A DNA stretch of 64,000 nt from Nitrospirae bacterium GWF2_44_13 (GTDB lineage Bacteria > Nitrospirota > Thermodesulfovibrionia > Thermodesulfovibrionales > UBA1546), in the NCBI GenBank assembly GCA_001805105.1, contig MHEE01000015.1:208778-272777 (forward strand), written 5' to 3'. This document shows, piece by piece, positions 25,152-34,343 of the stretch (position 1 is the first letter of the stretch; each line of letters starts with the position of its first letter). The position numbers and the translations under genes are program-made. Below the pieces are notes generated by a model. The model did not search any database. It saw only the letters and a program-made list of their open reading frames with translations, and was not told the DNA's origin.

Positions 25152-27731
25152 ATGTCTGAATTGACCCCTGTAATGAAACAATACTCAAGCATCAAAGAGA
25201 AACATAAGGACTGCATCCTTATGTTTCGGCTCGGAGATTTCTATGAAATGTTCGGCGAGGACGCGAAAACAGCGTCAAGGATACTTCAGATCGCCCTTAC
25301 ATCAAGAGATAAATCCAAGGAAGAGCCTATGCCGATGTGCGGAATACCACACTTTGCCTCAGAAACATACATAACAAAGCTTATCAAGGCGGGTCACAAA
25401 GTCGCAATATGCGAGCAGATGGAAAACGCCAAAGAGGCAAAGGGTATTGTCCAGAGAGATGTGGTGAGGGTAATAACGCCCGGCACGCATACACCCGAAC
25501 GTCCGAAGGAAAACAACTACATTATTAGTTTTTTCCCCAGCGGCAAAAAACACGGCATCGCAGCAGCCGATGTATCCACAGGAGAATTTATTATTTATGA
25601 GACATTAGAGCCTGTCGAAGACGAATTCAGCAGGTTTGAACCTAAGGAGATTCTATATCCTGAAACCCTCAGGGGAAACATCCATTACTCGGAATCGCTA
25701 AAAGATTTTTACAGTACCGTTTACGAAGACTGGGCGTTTGACTACACAGAAGCCTATAAAACCCTCTTAATGCACTTTAAGGTGTCTTCTCTTGAAGGTT
25801 ACGGATGCGAGGGCATGCCTGCTGCAATATCCGCTGCCGGCGCGCTTATAAATTATCTTGAAAAGACACAGAAGGAAAATCTGAATTTCAGAAAGATTGC
25901 CACAATAAACCAGACATCTTTTATGTTCCTTGACGCTGCAACACAGAGAAATCTCGAATTAATCCACAATCTCAAAAGCAGGACAGAGGAAAATACACTT
26001 CTATGGGCGCTTGATGAGACACTGACGCCTATGGGGGGAAGATACCTAAGAGGATTAATCCTCAGGCCCTTCATAGACATAGATGAAATACGCAAAAGGC
26101 AGAATGCCGTAGAATACCTCGTTGAAGATTACGAACTCATTGAGACACTGCGCGGCAATCTCAGGAAACTTCAGGATATTGAAAGGCTGTCAAACAGGAT
26201 TGGGGCGAAGAGCGCAAATCCGAGAGACCTGACAGCAACAAAAAATTCCATAATGCATCTGCCCTTCATAAAAAAGGCGCTTATTTCTTCAAGAAATGCA
26301 TATCTAAAGTCAATGGCAGACGAAATATCCGAATTCTCTTCGCTGAAGTCATTGATAGAGTCGTCCATCATGGACACTCCTCCGCTGGGCGTTAGAGACG
26401 GAGGCATTATAAAGCACGGTTATAACAAAGAGATAGACAGCCTGAGGAAAATAGCAACAAGCGGAAAAGACTTTATTGCAGAGCTTGAGATGAGTGAAAA
26501 AAAGAAAACGGGGATTTCATCCCTTAAGGTCGGGTATAACAAGATATTCGGATATTACATTGAGGTTACAAATGCAAATCTTGACCAGGTTCCAGAACAC
26601 TACATAAGAAAGCAAACCCTCGTGGGCGGAGAAAGATTTATAACGCCCGAACTTAAAGAATATGAGTCAAAGGTCATCGGCGCTGAGGAAAAGCTGAAAA
26701 ACCTCGAGTATCAGGTCTTTAATGAAATCGTGAATGAGGCACAGAAAGAATCGCCGAGCCTTGTAAAAACAGCTCATTCCATCGCAGTTGCGGATTTTCT
26801 GACATCACTGGCAGTTGTGGCAAAAAGGCATAATTACGTAAAGCCGCGCATAGATGAGAGCGGCATAATTGAGATAACGGACGGAAGGCATCCCGTGCTT
26901 GAAAGGATTCCGGGAGAAGAGCGGTTTATTCCCAACAGCATTTATCTTGATAATGAAAAACAAAGGCTTATGATAATCACAGGCCCCAATATGGCGGGAA
27001 AATCCACATACATGAGGCAGATAGCCCTCACAGTCCTTATGGCGCAGATTGGAGGTTTTGTCCCTGCTGCGGAGGCAAGGATAGGGATAGTTGACAGGAT
27101 ATTCACAAGAATCGGGGCGTCTGATTATATAACAAAAGGGCAGAGCACATTCATGGTTGAGATGATAGAGACAGCCAACATACTCAACAATGCCACATCA
27201 AAAAGCCTCATAATCATAGACGAGGTCGGAAGGGGCACAAGCACATTTGACGGAATAAGCATTGCATGGGCTGTCGCTGAATATATAGCCAAAACAATAG
27301 CGGCAAGAACTCTCTTTGCCACACATTACAATGAGCTTACGGAACTCGCAATTACGCTTGAGGGCGTAAAAAACTACAATGTGTCTGTTAAGGAATGGGG
27401 AGATCAGATAATATTTCTCAGAAAGGTTGAAGAAGGCCCTGCCGACAAGAGCTATGGGATTCAGGTCGCGCAGCTTGCAGGGCTTCCGCAAGAGGTGATA
27501 GGAAGGGCAAAAGAAGTCCTTACAAACCTTGAGAAAGAGGAACTGGATGAGGCAGGAGAACCTAAATTCGCATCCCATAAACATAAAAAGAGAACTGTTC
27601 AGCTTGACCTCTTTGGAGCAAGAGAGGATTCCCTGCTGTCCGAGTTAATGAGCACGGATATGGAAGCGCTATCTCCGGAAGATGCATTAAACAAATTCAA
27701 AGAACTGAAGAAAAAGTGGATAAAATCCTGA
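25152..27731 (+). CDS. mutS: DNA mismatch repair protein MutS
   Basis: N-terminus TPVMKQY...FYEMFGEDA and Walker A GPNMAGKST, plus DEVGRGTST. I start at the ATG at 25152 rather than the track TTG at 25080. Confidence 0.93.
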   Translation: MSELTPVMKQYSSIKEKHKDCILMFRLGDFYEMFGEDAKTASRILQIALTSRDKSKEEPMPMCGIPHFASETYITKLIKAGHKVAICEQMENAKEAKGIVQRDVVRVITPGTHTPERPKENNYIISFFPSGKKHGIAAADVSTGEFIIYETLEPVEDEFSRFEPKEILYPETLRGNIHYSESLKDFYSTVYEDWAFDYTEAYKTLLMHFKVSSLEGYGCEGMPAAISAAGALINYLEKTQKENLNFRKIATINQTSFMFLDAATQRNLELIHNLKSRTEENTLLWALDETLTPMGGRYLRGLILRPFIDIDEIRKRQNAVEYLVEDYELIETLRGNLRKLQDIERLSNRIGAKSANPRDLTATKNSIMHLPFIKKALISSRNAYLKSMADEISEFSSLKSLIESSIMDTPPLGVRDGGIIKHGYNKEIDSLRKIATSGKDFIAELEMSEKKKTGISSLKVGYNKIFGYYIEVTNANLDQVPEHYIRKQTLVGGERFITPELKEYESKVIGAEEKLKNLEYQVFNEIVNEAQKESPSLVKTAHSIAVADFLTSLAVVAKRHNYVKPRIDESGIIEITDGRHPVLERIPGEERFIPNSIYLDNEKQRLMIITGPNMAGKSTYMRQIALTVLMAQIGGFVPAAEARIGIVDRIFTRIGASDYITKGQSTFMVEMIETANILNNATSKSLIIIDEVGRGTSTFDGISIAWAVAEYIAKTIAARTLFATHYNELTELAITLEGVKNYNVSVKEWGDQIIFLRKVEEGPADKSYGIQVAQLAGLPQEVIGRAKEVLTNLEKEELDEAGEPKFASHKHKKRTVQLDLFGAREDSLLSELMSTDMEALSPEDALNKFKELKKKWIKS

Positions 27732-27784
27732 TATGCGTATTCCTATAGTCTGTTCATTATTTAAAGCCCTTCTTTAACTGTTTC

Positions 27785-28132
27785 ATGCCCTGCAAAAATA
27801 TTAAACTAATCCATGAGGTTATGGCTAAAAAGTGGCAGCATTTCATAGAGGAAGGTTATCTGCTTGTTGATGTATTTATTCAGGCCTTGGCCCTTGGCGC
27901 CGTCATTATACTAATCCCTCTTCCCGCCTTACTTAAAGTTAAACTTAAAGTAAATTTTCCGCCTTACTTCGCTCTCCTCGGCATCGGATTTATATTCATA
28001 GAAATATCGCTGATACATAGCGTAATACTGATGATAATGTTAGCACTGGAAACAGAATTTACAGCAGCGCTCTTAACCGTAGGCCTGACATATACGATAG
28101 CGCTCTGCTACTTAAAAAGAATATTTTTCTGA
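27785..28132 (+). CDS. Hypothetical membrane protein, possibly a gene remnant
   Basis: Hydrophobic 115-aa ORF with no convincing SD. The segment YFALLGIGFIFIEISLI is vaguely like membrane spermidine-synthase-like proteins. Confidence 0.3.
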   Translation: MPCKNIKLIHEVMAKKWQHFIEEGYLLVDVFIQALALGAVIILIPLPALLKVKLKVNFPPYFALLGIGFIFIEISLIHSVILMIMLALETEFTAALLTVGLTYTIALCYLKRIFF

Positions 28133-28225
28133 ACAAATTAAGGATATGGCCTATAATATTTTCACCTATTACCTAAGCCCTTGCTCAACGCCTCAATAAT
28201 CAGCCTTTTTTCCATAAAAAAATAC

Positions 28226-28255
28226 TTGATATTTCTTTATGGAAAAGAGTATATT
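28226..28255 (+). promoter_or_regulatory. Candidate promoter (TTGATA-N18-TATATT) for the TerC-family leader
   Basis: The hexamers lie ~180 nt upstream of the TerC-family start codon. Confidence 0.4.
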
Positions 28256-28435
28256 ATGAGGCATTTGTTAGAGAAGTATACAAGTCTATCAGGCATACTT
28301 ATCGTGTAAATGTAATGCCTATTTACTTTTTGGCGGGGTGGTATTCCCCCTGCCTGAGATCAAATAGTACGCTTCAGGCGGGAAGGGAAAACCTGCCTAT
28401 TACATTATTTAAGATATAAGATATAGGCGGTTAAT

Positions 28436-29155
28436 TTGGATTTAGGAATATTCGGCTCTATCAGCTTTGACTGGCATTTTGTTTCGGCACTTTTCAGCAT
28501 TGTAATAATTGACCTTATCCTTGCAGGAGACAATGCCGTTGTCATTGCCATGGCTGTAAGGTCCCTGCCGACACAACAGAGGAAAAAAGGAATTCTCTAC
28601 GGCGCTGGCGCTGCCGTCCTATTAAGAGTAATAGCCACATTTTTTGTAGCGCAGTTGCTTACGATAAGTTTTATTAAGCTTGTCGGAGGCATAGTAATAT
28701 TATGGATAGCCGTAAAACTCTTCATTGAAGGCGCGCCTGAAGACGGCATGCAAAAAGAAGCCACGACAATTGCGCAGGCTATAAAGTTAATAGTTGTAGC
28801 GGATATCTCAATGTCAATAGACAATATGCTTGCGGTTGGAGGCGCATCTCACGGAAACATGTTCCTTCTACTTTTCGGACTCGGCCTAAGCATCCCTCTC
28901 GTTGTCTTTACAAGCAATTTATTGTCAATACTCATGGATAAATATCCAATAATTATTTATATAGGAGCTGCAGTTCTCGGAAAAGTAGGCGGAGAGATGA
29001 TGATCACGGATCCTTTTACAGTGGGTATTTTGAATCCAAGCAAATTTGCTGTATATTCAGTTGAAGTAATCTTCGCAATAGGGGTTATCTTAGCAGGCAA
29101 GCTTTATATGAAGTGGAAAATATCCAGAGCAGAGAACGAAAAATCATGTTCATGA
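28436..29155 (+). CDS. TerC/YjbE-family integral membrane protein
   Basis: Paired LAGDNAVVIAMAV and SIDNMLAVGG motifs typical of the TerC family. The track uses a TTG start. Confidence 0.8.
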   Translation: MDLGIFGSISFDWHFVSALFSIVIIDLILAGDNAVVIAMAVRSLPTQQRKKGILYGAGAAVLLRVIATFFVAQLLTISFIKLVGGIVILWIAVKLFIEGAPEDGMQKEATTIAQAIKLIVVADISMSIDNMLAVGGASHGNMFLLLFGLGLSIPLVVFTSNLLSILMDKYPIIIYIGAAVLGKVGGEMMITDPFTVGILNPSKFAVYSVEVIFAIGVILAGKLYMKWKISRAENEKSCS

Positions 29156-29177
29156 AAGATAAAACTGTGGAGGAACT

Positions 29178-29990
29178 ATGGCGATTTTAACCATATCAAG
29201 AGAATTCGGAAGCGGCGGCAGAGAAATAGGTCAGGCAGTTGCCAAAATTTTGAATTATGAATTCATCAATAAAGCACGGCTGCTTGATGAGATACGCGCC
29301 ACGGGCAAAAAATGGGAAGAATGGGGCCAAAACCTTGATGAACACTGCCCTACTATGTGGGAAAAATATGACTGGTCGTTCAGGGGTTTTACTGCCATGC
29401 TCCAGAGCCTTATCCTGAATTATGCGCTTAACGACAAAGTGGTAATCATGGGAAGAGGCGGAAACTTTCTGCTGAAAGATATTCCTTATGCGCTCAGAGT
29501 CCGCGTTACAGCGTCTATTGAACAGAGAGTGCAAAGAATCATGAAAAGAGAATCTATGGATAAAGACACTGCGCACTGGCTTATTGAAAAGACTGACAAA
29601 GAGAGGGCATGTTTTATCCATTTGATATATGGTAAACACTGGGACAGCCCTGAAGAATACGACATGGTGCTGGACACAGGTTCAAAATCCATTGATGAGC
29701 TGACCGGTATTGTTAAAGAATCCCTGCTGAAAAAAGACAGGTTTAAGACAAAAGAGGCAGGGAATAACCTCATAATGAGGGCACTTGCGGCAAAGATAAA
29801 GGCAGAACTGCTTACCGACCCTTCGTTCTTCATCCCTACACTGGATGTTATTTATAACGGTAAAGAGATTATCCTCCGCGGCGTTATACACAATCCTAAA
29901 GAACACAAGCGCATTGAGGAAAAGGCAAAAGAGCTTGCAGGAGCCGTCTCCATAAAATGCGAACTGCATTATAGAGGTGAAAATCCATAA
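29178..29990 (+). CDS. Cytidylate-kinase-like family protein with a C-terminal BON-like domain
   Basis: N-terminus ILTISREFGSGGREIG is characteristic of the cytidylate-kinase-like family. SD GGAGG lies upstream. Confidence 0.7.
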   Translation: MAILTISREFGSGGREIGQAVAKILNYEFINKARLLDEIRATGKKWEEWGQNLDEHCPTMWEKYDWSFRGFTAMLQSLILNYALNDKVVIMGRGGNFLLKDIPYALRVRVTASIEQRVQRIMKRESMDKDTAHWLIEKTDKERACFIHLIYGKHWDSPEEYDMVLDTGSKSIDELTGIVKESLLKKDRFKTKEAGNNLIMRALAAKIKAELLTDPSFFIPTLDVIYNGKEIILRGVIHNPKEHKRIEEKAKELAGAVSIKCELHYRGENP

Positions 29991-30052
29991 AACTGCTTGA
30001 ACCCTTGCAGTATAATATTCAACTGACAATTAATTCCTTTTTTTAGTTGATT

Positions 30053-30097
30053 AAGAGCGCTTGCATAGAGATTTTTTTGACTCTATCTTGCGCTCTT
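30053..30097. terminator. Hairpin between convergent genes (possible bidirectional terminator)
   Basis: AAGAGCGC...ATAGAG / CTCTAT...GCGCTCTT inverted repeat around a T7 run. Confidence 0.45.
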
Positions 30098-30108
30098 TAG
30101 TGTGGATG

Positions 30109-30672
30109 TTAGCTCATCTTCTTCCACACATGATAAACCCTCTGCAAAACCGTCACATGCGTAAGGATGAGCATTGTCCATAGAATTGGCGTAAACCATC
30201 CGGTCAGCAAAGCGAATATCAGAAGAATAATCCTCTCCGGCCTTTCCATAATGCCGGTGCTGCATGATTCGCCGAGACCCTCTGCCCTTGCCCTTGCATA
30301 GCTGATTAAAAATGCGCCAACCAATGTGCCAAGGCTTAAGAATGCCCCTGTATGCTCGCCTATTGAAGCAAGATACCATGCAACAGAAAGAAAGAGAAAC
30401 GCATCGGAATATCTGTCAAGCACTGAATCAAGAAATGCCCCGCACTTTGTAACCTTATTGTTTACCCTCGCAGAAACGCCGTCAAGCATGTCAAACAATC
30501 CGCCGATGAGAATAAGCATACCGCCAAGTCTTATGTTATATGGAAGGACAAAAGCCGCAGCTACAGTTATAACAAAGCCGGCCGCTGTGAGCATATTAGG
30601 ATTTAATGGAATATTTTTTACGAGAGGAGTTAAAGGCTTGTCTAAGAAATGACCGAATTTAGCGCCAATCAT
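30109..30672 (-). CDS. CDP-alcohol phosphatidyltransferase (phosphatidylinositol-phosphate synthase-like)
   Basis: Motif DMLDGVSARVNNKVTKCGAFLDSVLDRYSD matches D-G-x2-A-R-x8-G-x3-D-x3-D. It overlaps the MIPS gene by 4 nt. Confidence 0.85.
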   Translation of the reverse strand: MIGAKFGHFLDKPLTPLVKNIPLNPNMLTAAGFVITVAAAFVLPYNIRLGGMLILIGGLFDMLDGVSARVNNKVTKCGAFLDSVLDRYSDAFLFLSVAWYLASIGEHTGAFLSLGTLVGAFLISYARARAEGLGESCSTGIMERPERIILLIFALLTGWFTPILWTMLILTHVTVLQRVYHVWKKMS

Positions 30673-31775
30673 CTATCCCTTTTTCCGGCAATAAATTCTT
30701 CCAGCATATTACGCGCCTCTTCATCGGAAAACTGCTTCATGGGATGCTTCATGAAATATGCTGAGGGAGAAATAAGAACTCCCCCTATTTTTCTGTCACG
30801 CGCAATCCTGCAGCATCTTATGGCATCTATAACAACGCCCGCGCTGTTTGGAGAGTCTTCAACAGAAAGCCTGAGTTCAAAATTAACAGGGATATTCCCG
30901 AAACCCCTACCCTCCATCCTTAAAAAACAGACCTTGTTATCATTCAGCCATGGGATATAATCAGAAGGGCCTATATGAATATTATCCGCATTAAGGGGAT
31001 TGGCAAGCTGCGACTGGACAGCCTCTGTCTTTGAAATTTTCTTGGATTTTAGCCTTGTATGATTCAGCATGTTCAGAAAATCGGTATTGCCTCCGACATT
31101 CAACTGATAAGTATTGTCAATCTTGACGCCTCTGTCCATGAACAGCTTTGTAAGCATCCTGTGTATTATTGTTGCGCCTATCTGGCTCTTGACGTCATCT
31201 CCTATAATTGGAATGTTTTTCTCTTCAAAGCGCTTTGCCCATGATTTATTTGACGCTATGAACACTGGGATGCAATTTATCAAGCTTACGCCGGTTTTCA
31301 GGCACGCCTCTGCATAAAAGGCAGTTGCCTTCTCCGAGCCTACAGGGAGATAGTTTAAGAGGATATCCGCTCCGCTCTGTTTTAAAACTCTTGCAGCGTC
31401 ACACGGTTTTTTATCAGCAGCAACAAATCTGCGTTTCTCAGAATAATCTTTCATGTGCTGTGATATGCCGTCCAGTATTTCTCCCATCTGAACTGTAACG
31501 GAATATTTATGGAGTTTCTTATTGAATATCTTTGTGCAGTTCGGCTCCGCAAATACGGCCTCTTTCAGCGGCCTGCCCACTTTTCTCTTATCAATGTCAA
31601 ATGCGGCGACTATGTCTATATCAGCAGACTTGTATCCTCCGAGGTCATAATGCATCAGGCCCAAGGACTTGTCAGGATGCCGGTCTGCCAATCCCTTATA
31701 ATATCCAATCCCCTGTATCAGAGAGCTTGCACAGTTTCCGACTCCGGCAATCGCGATGCGTATCTTGCCTTTCAT
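30669..31775 (-). CDS. ino1: myo-Inositol-1-phosphate synthase
   Basis: 368 aa short bacterial/archaeal-type MIPS. The N-terminal Rossmann motif is IAIAGVGNCASSLIQG, and there is a GDDVKSQIGAT segment. Confidence 0.85.
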   Translation of the reverse strand: MKGKIRIAIAGVGNCASSLIQGIGYYKGLADRHPDKSLGLMHYDLGGYKSADIDIVAAFDIDKRKVGRPLKEAVFAEPNCTKIFNKKLHKYSVTVQMGEILDGISQHMKDYSEKRRFVAADKKPCDAARVLKQSGADILLNYLPVGSEKATAFYAEACLKTGVSLINCIPVFIASNKSWAKRFEEKNIPIIGDDVKSQIGATIIHRMLTKLFMDRGVKIDNTYQLNVGGNTDFLNMLNHTRLKSKKISKTEAVQSQLANPLNADNIHIGPSDYIPWLNDNKVCFLRMEGRGFGNIPVNFELRLSVEDSPNSAGVVIDAIRCCRIARDRKIGGVLISPSAYFMKHPMKQFSDEEARNMLEEFIAGKRDR

Positions 31776-31840
31776 CTCTCTTCAAAAACCTCCATTCATT
31801 ATGTTCTGGCCTTTAAATTCCTACTGTAAAGCAATGTTTT

Positions 31841-31917
31841 TGGTCGGGGCGACCCGATTTGAACGGGCGACCACTCGCACCCCAAGCGAGTGCGCTACCA
31901 GGCTGCGCTACGCCCCG
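31841..31917 (-). tRNA. tRNA-Pro (anticodon GGG), CCA encoded
   Basis: The reverse complement folds as a cloverleaf: acceptor CGGGGCG/CGCCCCG, D arm GCGC-AGCCTGGTA-GCGC, anticodon arm CTCGC-TTGGGGT-GCGAG, T arm GCCCG-TTCAAAT-CGGGT, and 3' ACCA. Confidence 0.93.
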
Positions 31918-31919
31918 AT

Positions 31920-32306
31920 TTACTGAATCTTGCTCAGAATTTCCTTGAGCCTTTTCCTTACATGCCCCAGGATTTTATCCGGCGGTGGGGTATCAGCCGC
32001 TTTAGACTCTGCGGCATGCCTGACATAGGAGGTGTTCTCTCCAAACCTTTTCCTTACGCCTTCAATAGTATATCTCTCCTGATAAAGAAGCCTTTTTATC
32101 TCCAGAATAAGTTCAAGGTCTTTTTTAACATACACTCTCTGGCCGGACTTATTCTTTCTCGGTTTTAAAAAAGCAAATTCAGTCTCCCAGTATCTGAGCA
32201 CATAAGGCTCAATCTCCGCAATCCTGCTGACCTCTCCTATCTTATAAAAGAGCTTATCAGGAATAGGATTCCGGGCTTCAACAGTTTTAACAGAATGTTT
32301 ATACAT
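31920..32306 (-). CDS. MerR-family transcriptional regulator
   Basis: HTH segment [24 protein letters not shown]. It lies immediately downstream of the IHF-like gene. Confidence 0.8.
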   Translation of the reverse strand: MYKHSVKTVEARNPIPDKLFYKIGEVSRIAEIEPYVLRYWETEFAFLKPRKNKSGQRVYVKKDLELILEIKRLLYQERYTIEGVRKRFGENTSYVRHAAESKAADTPPPDKILGHVRKRLKEILSKIQ

Positions 32307-32309
32307 GCC

Positions 32310-32582
32310 TTACTCTATTATTAACTTTAATTTGTTGCTGGCCCTGAATGTAATTACCTTGCGCGGCGATATCTCAAGGTCTTCGCCGGTCTTGGGATTT
32401 CTTCCCCTCCTTGCAGCCTTTTTCCTGACATGGAAAGTTCCAAAACCGGAAACCTTAACAGACTCGCCTTCTTTAAACGTCTGTTTGAGTGTGTCAAATA
32501 TTATTTCAATTATGTCCTGCGCCTCTTTTTTAGAGAGGCCTACCTTCTCAAATATTGAATCTGCGATGTCAGCCTTTGTCAT
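32310..32582 (-). CDS. Integration host factor / HU-family DNA-binding protein
   Basis: 90 aa with GFGTF...RKKAARRGRNPKTGE (the beta-arm of the HU/IHF fold). Confidence 0.88.
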   Translation of the reverse strand: MTKADIADSIFEKVGLSKKEAQDIIEIIFDTLKQTFKEGESVKVSGFGTFHVRKKAARRGRNPKTGEDLEISPRKVITFRASNKLKLIIE

Positions 32583-32737
32583 ATTTACTCCTTTTTACTC
32601 ATTAAATCATATGTTATTTAGAATACTAATTTTCTTAATTATATTAAGGAGATAGCTCCTTGTCAAGAAGAAATTAGTTTAAATCTTAAAATAGCCAACA
32701 ATCTGTCCTCTGTGCTATTATAACAACGAGGAATTTT

Positions 32738-34243
32738 ATGGCATACAGAGATCTCAGGAATTTTATAAATCTGCTTGAAAAAAGAGGGCTTTTGCACCGC
32801 ATAAAGGCAGAGGTTGACCCCTTGCTTGAGATATCCGAGATTACAGACAGGATGTCAAAGAGCCCTAACGGCGGAAAAGCATTGCTGTTTGAAAATGTAA
32901 AAGGCTCTTCTTTCCCTGTTGCCGCAAACCTCTTCGGCTCATTTGAAAGGATGTGCATAGCGCTTGAAGTAAGCAAGTTTGATGACGTAGCAAAGCGCAT
33001 AGAGGACTTGCTTAATCAAGCGCCTCCGAAAACATTTCTTGAAAAAATTGCAATGCTTCCGAAGCTGATTGAGCTTTCGCAATATCTTCCTAAATATGTT
33101 AAAAGCGCGCCATGTCAGGAGGTCATAGAAAAAGACAACCCCGACCTTTCAAAATTTCCAATAATAAAATGCTGGCCTCATGACGGGCAGGCAAATACAG
33201 CAATCAGCGGTCAGCAGTCAGCAATCAGCAATCCAGAGAACGAGGGGAGGTTCATTACGCTTCCGATGGTCTTTACAAAAGACCCTGAGACAGGAAGGCC
33301 CAACTGCGGGATGTACCGCATCCATATATACGATAAGAAAACAACGGGAATGCACTGGCATATACATAAGGACGGAGCACGGCATTATGAAAAATATAAA
33401 GAGCTTGGACAGAGAATGCCTGCCGCAATTGCCGTTGGAGGCGACCCTGCCGTAATCTATTCCGCAAGCGCGCCATTGCCTGAGGCTATAGACGAGATGC
33501 TCTTTGCCGGTTTTCTGAGAAAGGCTCCTGTAGAAATGGTGAAGTGCGTAACAAGTGATATTCAAGTCCCTGCCAACAGCGAGCTTGTCATAGAGGGTTA
33601 TCTTGAACCCGGAGAGATGCGCATCGAGGGGCCCTTCGGAGACCACACAGGTTTTTACTCTGCCGCAGAACCCTACCCTGTCTTTCATGTGACATGCATC
33701 ACGCACAGGAAAGACATGATATACCCTGCAACGCTTGTAGGTAAACCCCCGATGGAAGACTGCTATATGGGAAAGGCGACAGAGAGAATCTTTCTGCCCT
33801 TACTAAGGCTGGATTTCCCTGAGATAAAGGACATAAACCTTCCGATGGAAGGCGTATTCCATAACTTTGCTTTAATCTCGATAAAGAAAAGCTATCCGGG
33901 CCATGCAAAAAAGATAATACACGGGTTATGGGGAAAGGGACAGATGACGTTTGCCAAGCTGCTCATCGTTGTTGACGATGATGTTGACGTTCAGAACCTT
34001 TCATACACCGCGTGGAGAGTGCTTAACAATGTTGACTGGAAGAGAGATGTTGTGATTTCAGAAGGCCCACTTGATGCGCTTGACCATGCCGCAAACTGGC
34101 CGAAATACGGTGCAAAGATGGGCATAGATGCGACGAGGAAGATGCGTGAAGAGGGGATGATGCGTGACTGGCCCGAAGAGATTTACATGTCAGAGGAAAT
34201 AAAGCAACTCGTTGATAGAGGATGGAAAGAATACGGATTTTGA
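32738..34243 (+). CDS. UbiD-family (prenylated-FMN-dependent) decarboxylase
   Basis: MAYRDLRNFINLLEKRGLL...ITDR...FENVKGS N-terminus and a GPFGDHTGFYS motif. It carries an in-frame repeat-derived insertion at residues ~150-168. Confidence 0.88.
   Translation: MAYRDLRNFINLLEKRGLLHRIKAEVDPLLEISEITDRMSKSPNGGKALLFENVKGSSFPVAANLFGSFERMCIALEVSKFDDVAKRIEDLLNQAPPKTFLEKIAMLPKLIELSQYLPKYVKSAPCQEVIEKDNPDLSKFPIIKCWPHDGQANTAISGQQSAISNPENEGRFITLPMVFTKDPETGRPNCGMYRIHIYDKKTTGMHWHIHKDGARHYEKYKELGQRMPAAIAVGGDPAVIYSASAPLPEAIDEMLFAGFLRKAPVEMVKCVTSDIQVPANSELVIEGYLEPGEMRIEGPFGDHTGFYSAAEPYPVFHVTCITHRKDMIYPATLVGKPPMEDCYMGKATERIFLPLLRLDFPEIKDINLPMEGVFHNFALISIKKSYPGHAKKIIHGLWGKGQMTFAKLLIVVDDDVDVQNLSYTAWRVLNNVDWKRDVVISEGPLDALDHAANWPKYGAKMGIDATRKMREEGMMRDWPEEIYMSEEIKQLVDRGWKEYGF
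33198..33232 (+). repeat. Five tandem heptamers CAGCNNT (CAGCAAT CAGCGGT CAGCAGT CAGCAAT CAGCAAT) inside ubiD
   Basis: Read directly. A 19-nt string, CAGCAGTCAGCAATCAGCA, is shared with the thiE 5' end (reverse strand, 45901-45928). Confidence 0.9.
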
Positions 34244-34285
34244 TTTTAGCTTTTAGCTGATAGCTTTCAGCTGACAGCTTAAGAC
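34244..34285 (+). repeat. Six degenerate tandem heptamers NNNNAGC
   Basis: TTTTAGC TTTTAGC TGATAGC TTTCAGC TGACAGC TTAAGAC, starting right after the ubiD stop codon. Confidence 0.85.
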
Positions 34286-34343
34286 AGGAATATTCAGCTT
34301 TGGCGCAATGCCAGAGAAAAAACTGAAGGCAAATTAATCAATT

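Noticed and set aside
28256-28435. A confident call of a yybP-ykoY Mn2+ riboswitch upstream of the TerC-family gene
   Set aside because: I cannot find the conserved core as I remember it, beyond a weak GGGGTGGTA match. It is kept only as an unclassified structured-leader candidate.
31890-33000. Plus- and minus-strand ORFs overlapping the MerR, IHF and ubiD genes (31890-32168, 32305-32655, 32686-33000)
   Set aside because: Each lies opposite a gene with clear family motifs and lacks ribosome-binding sites.
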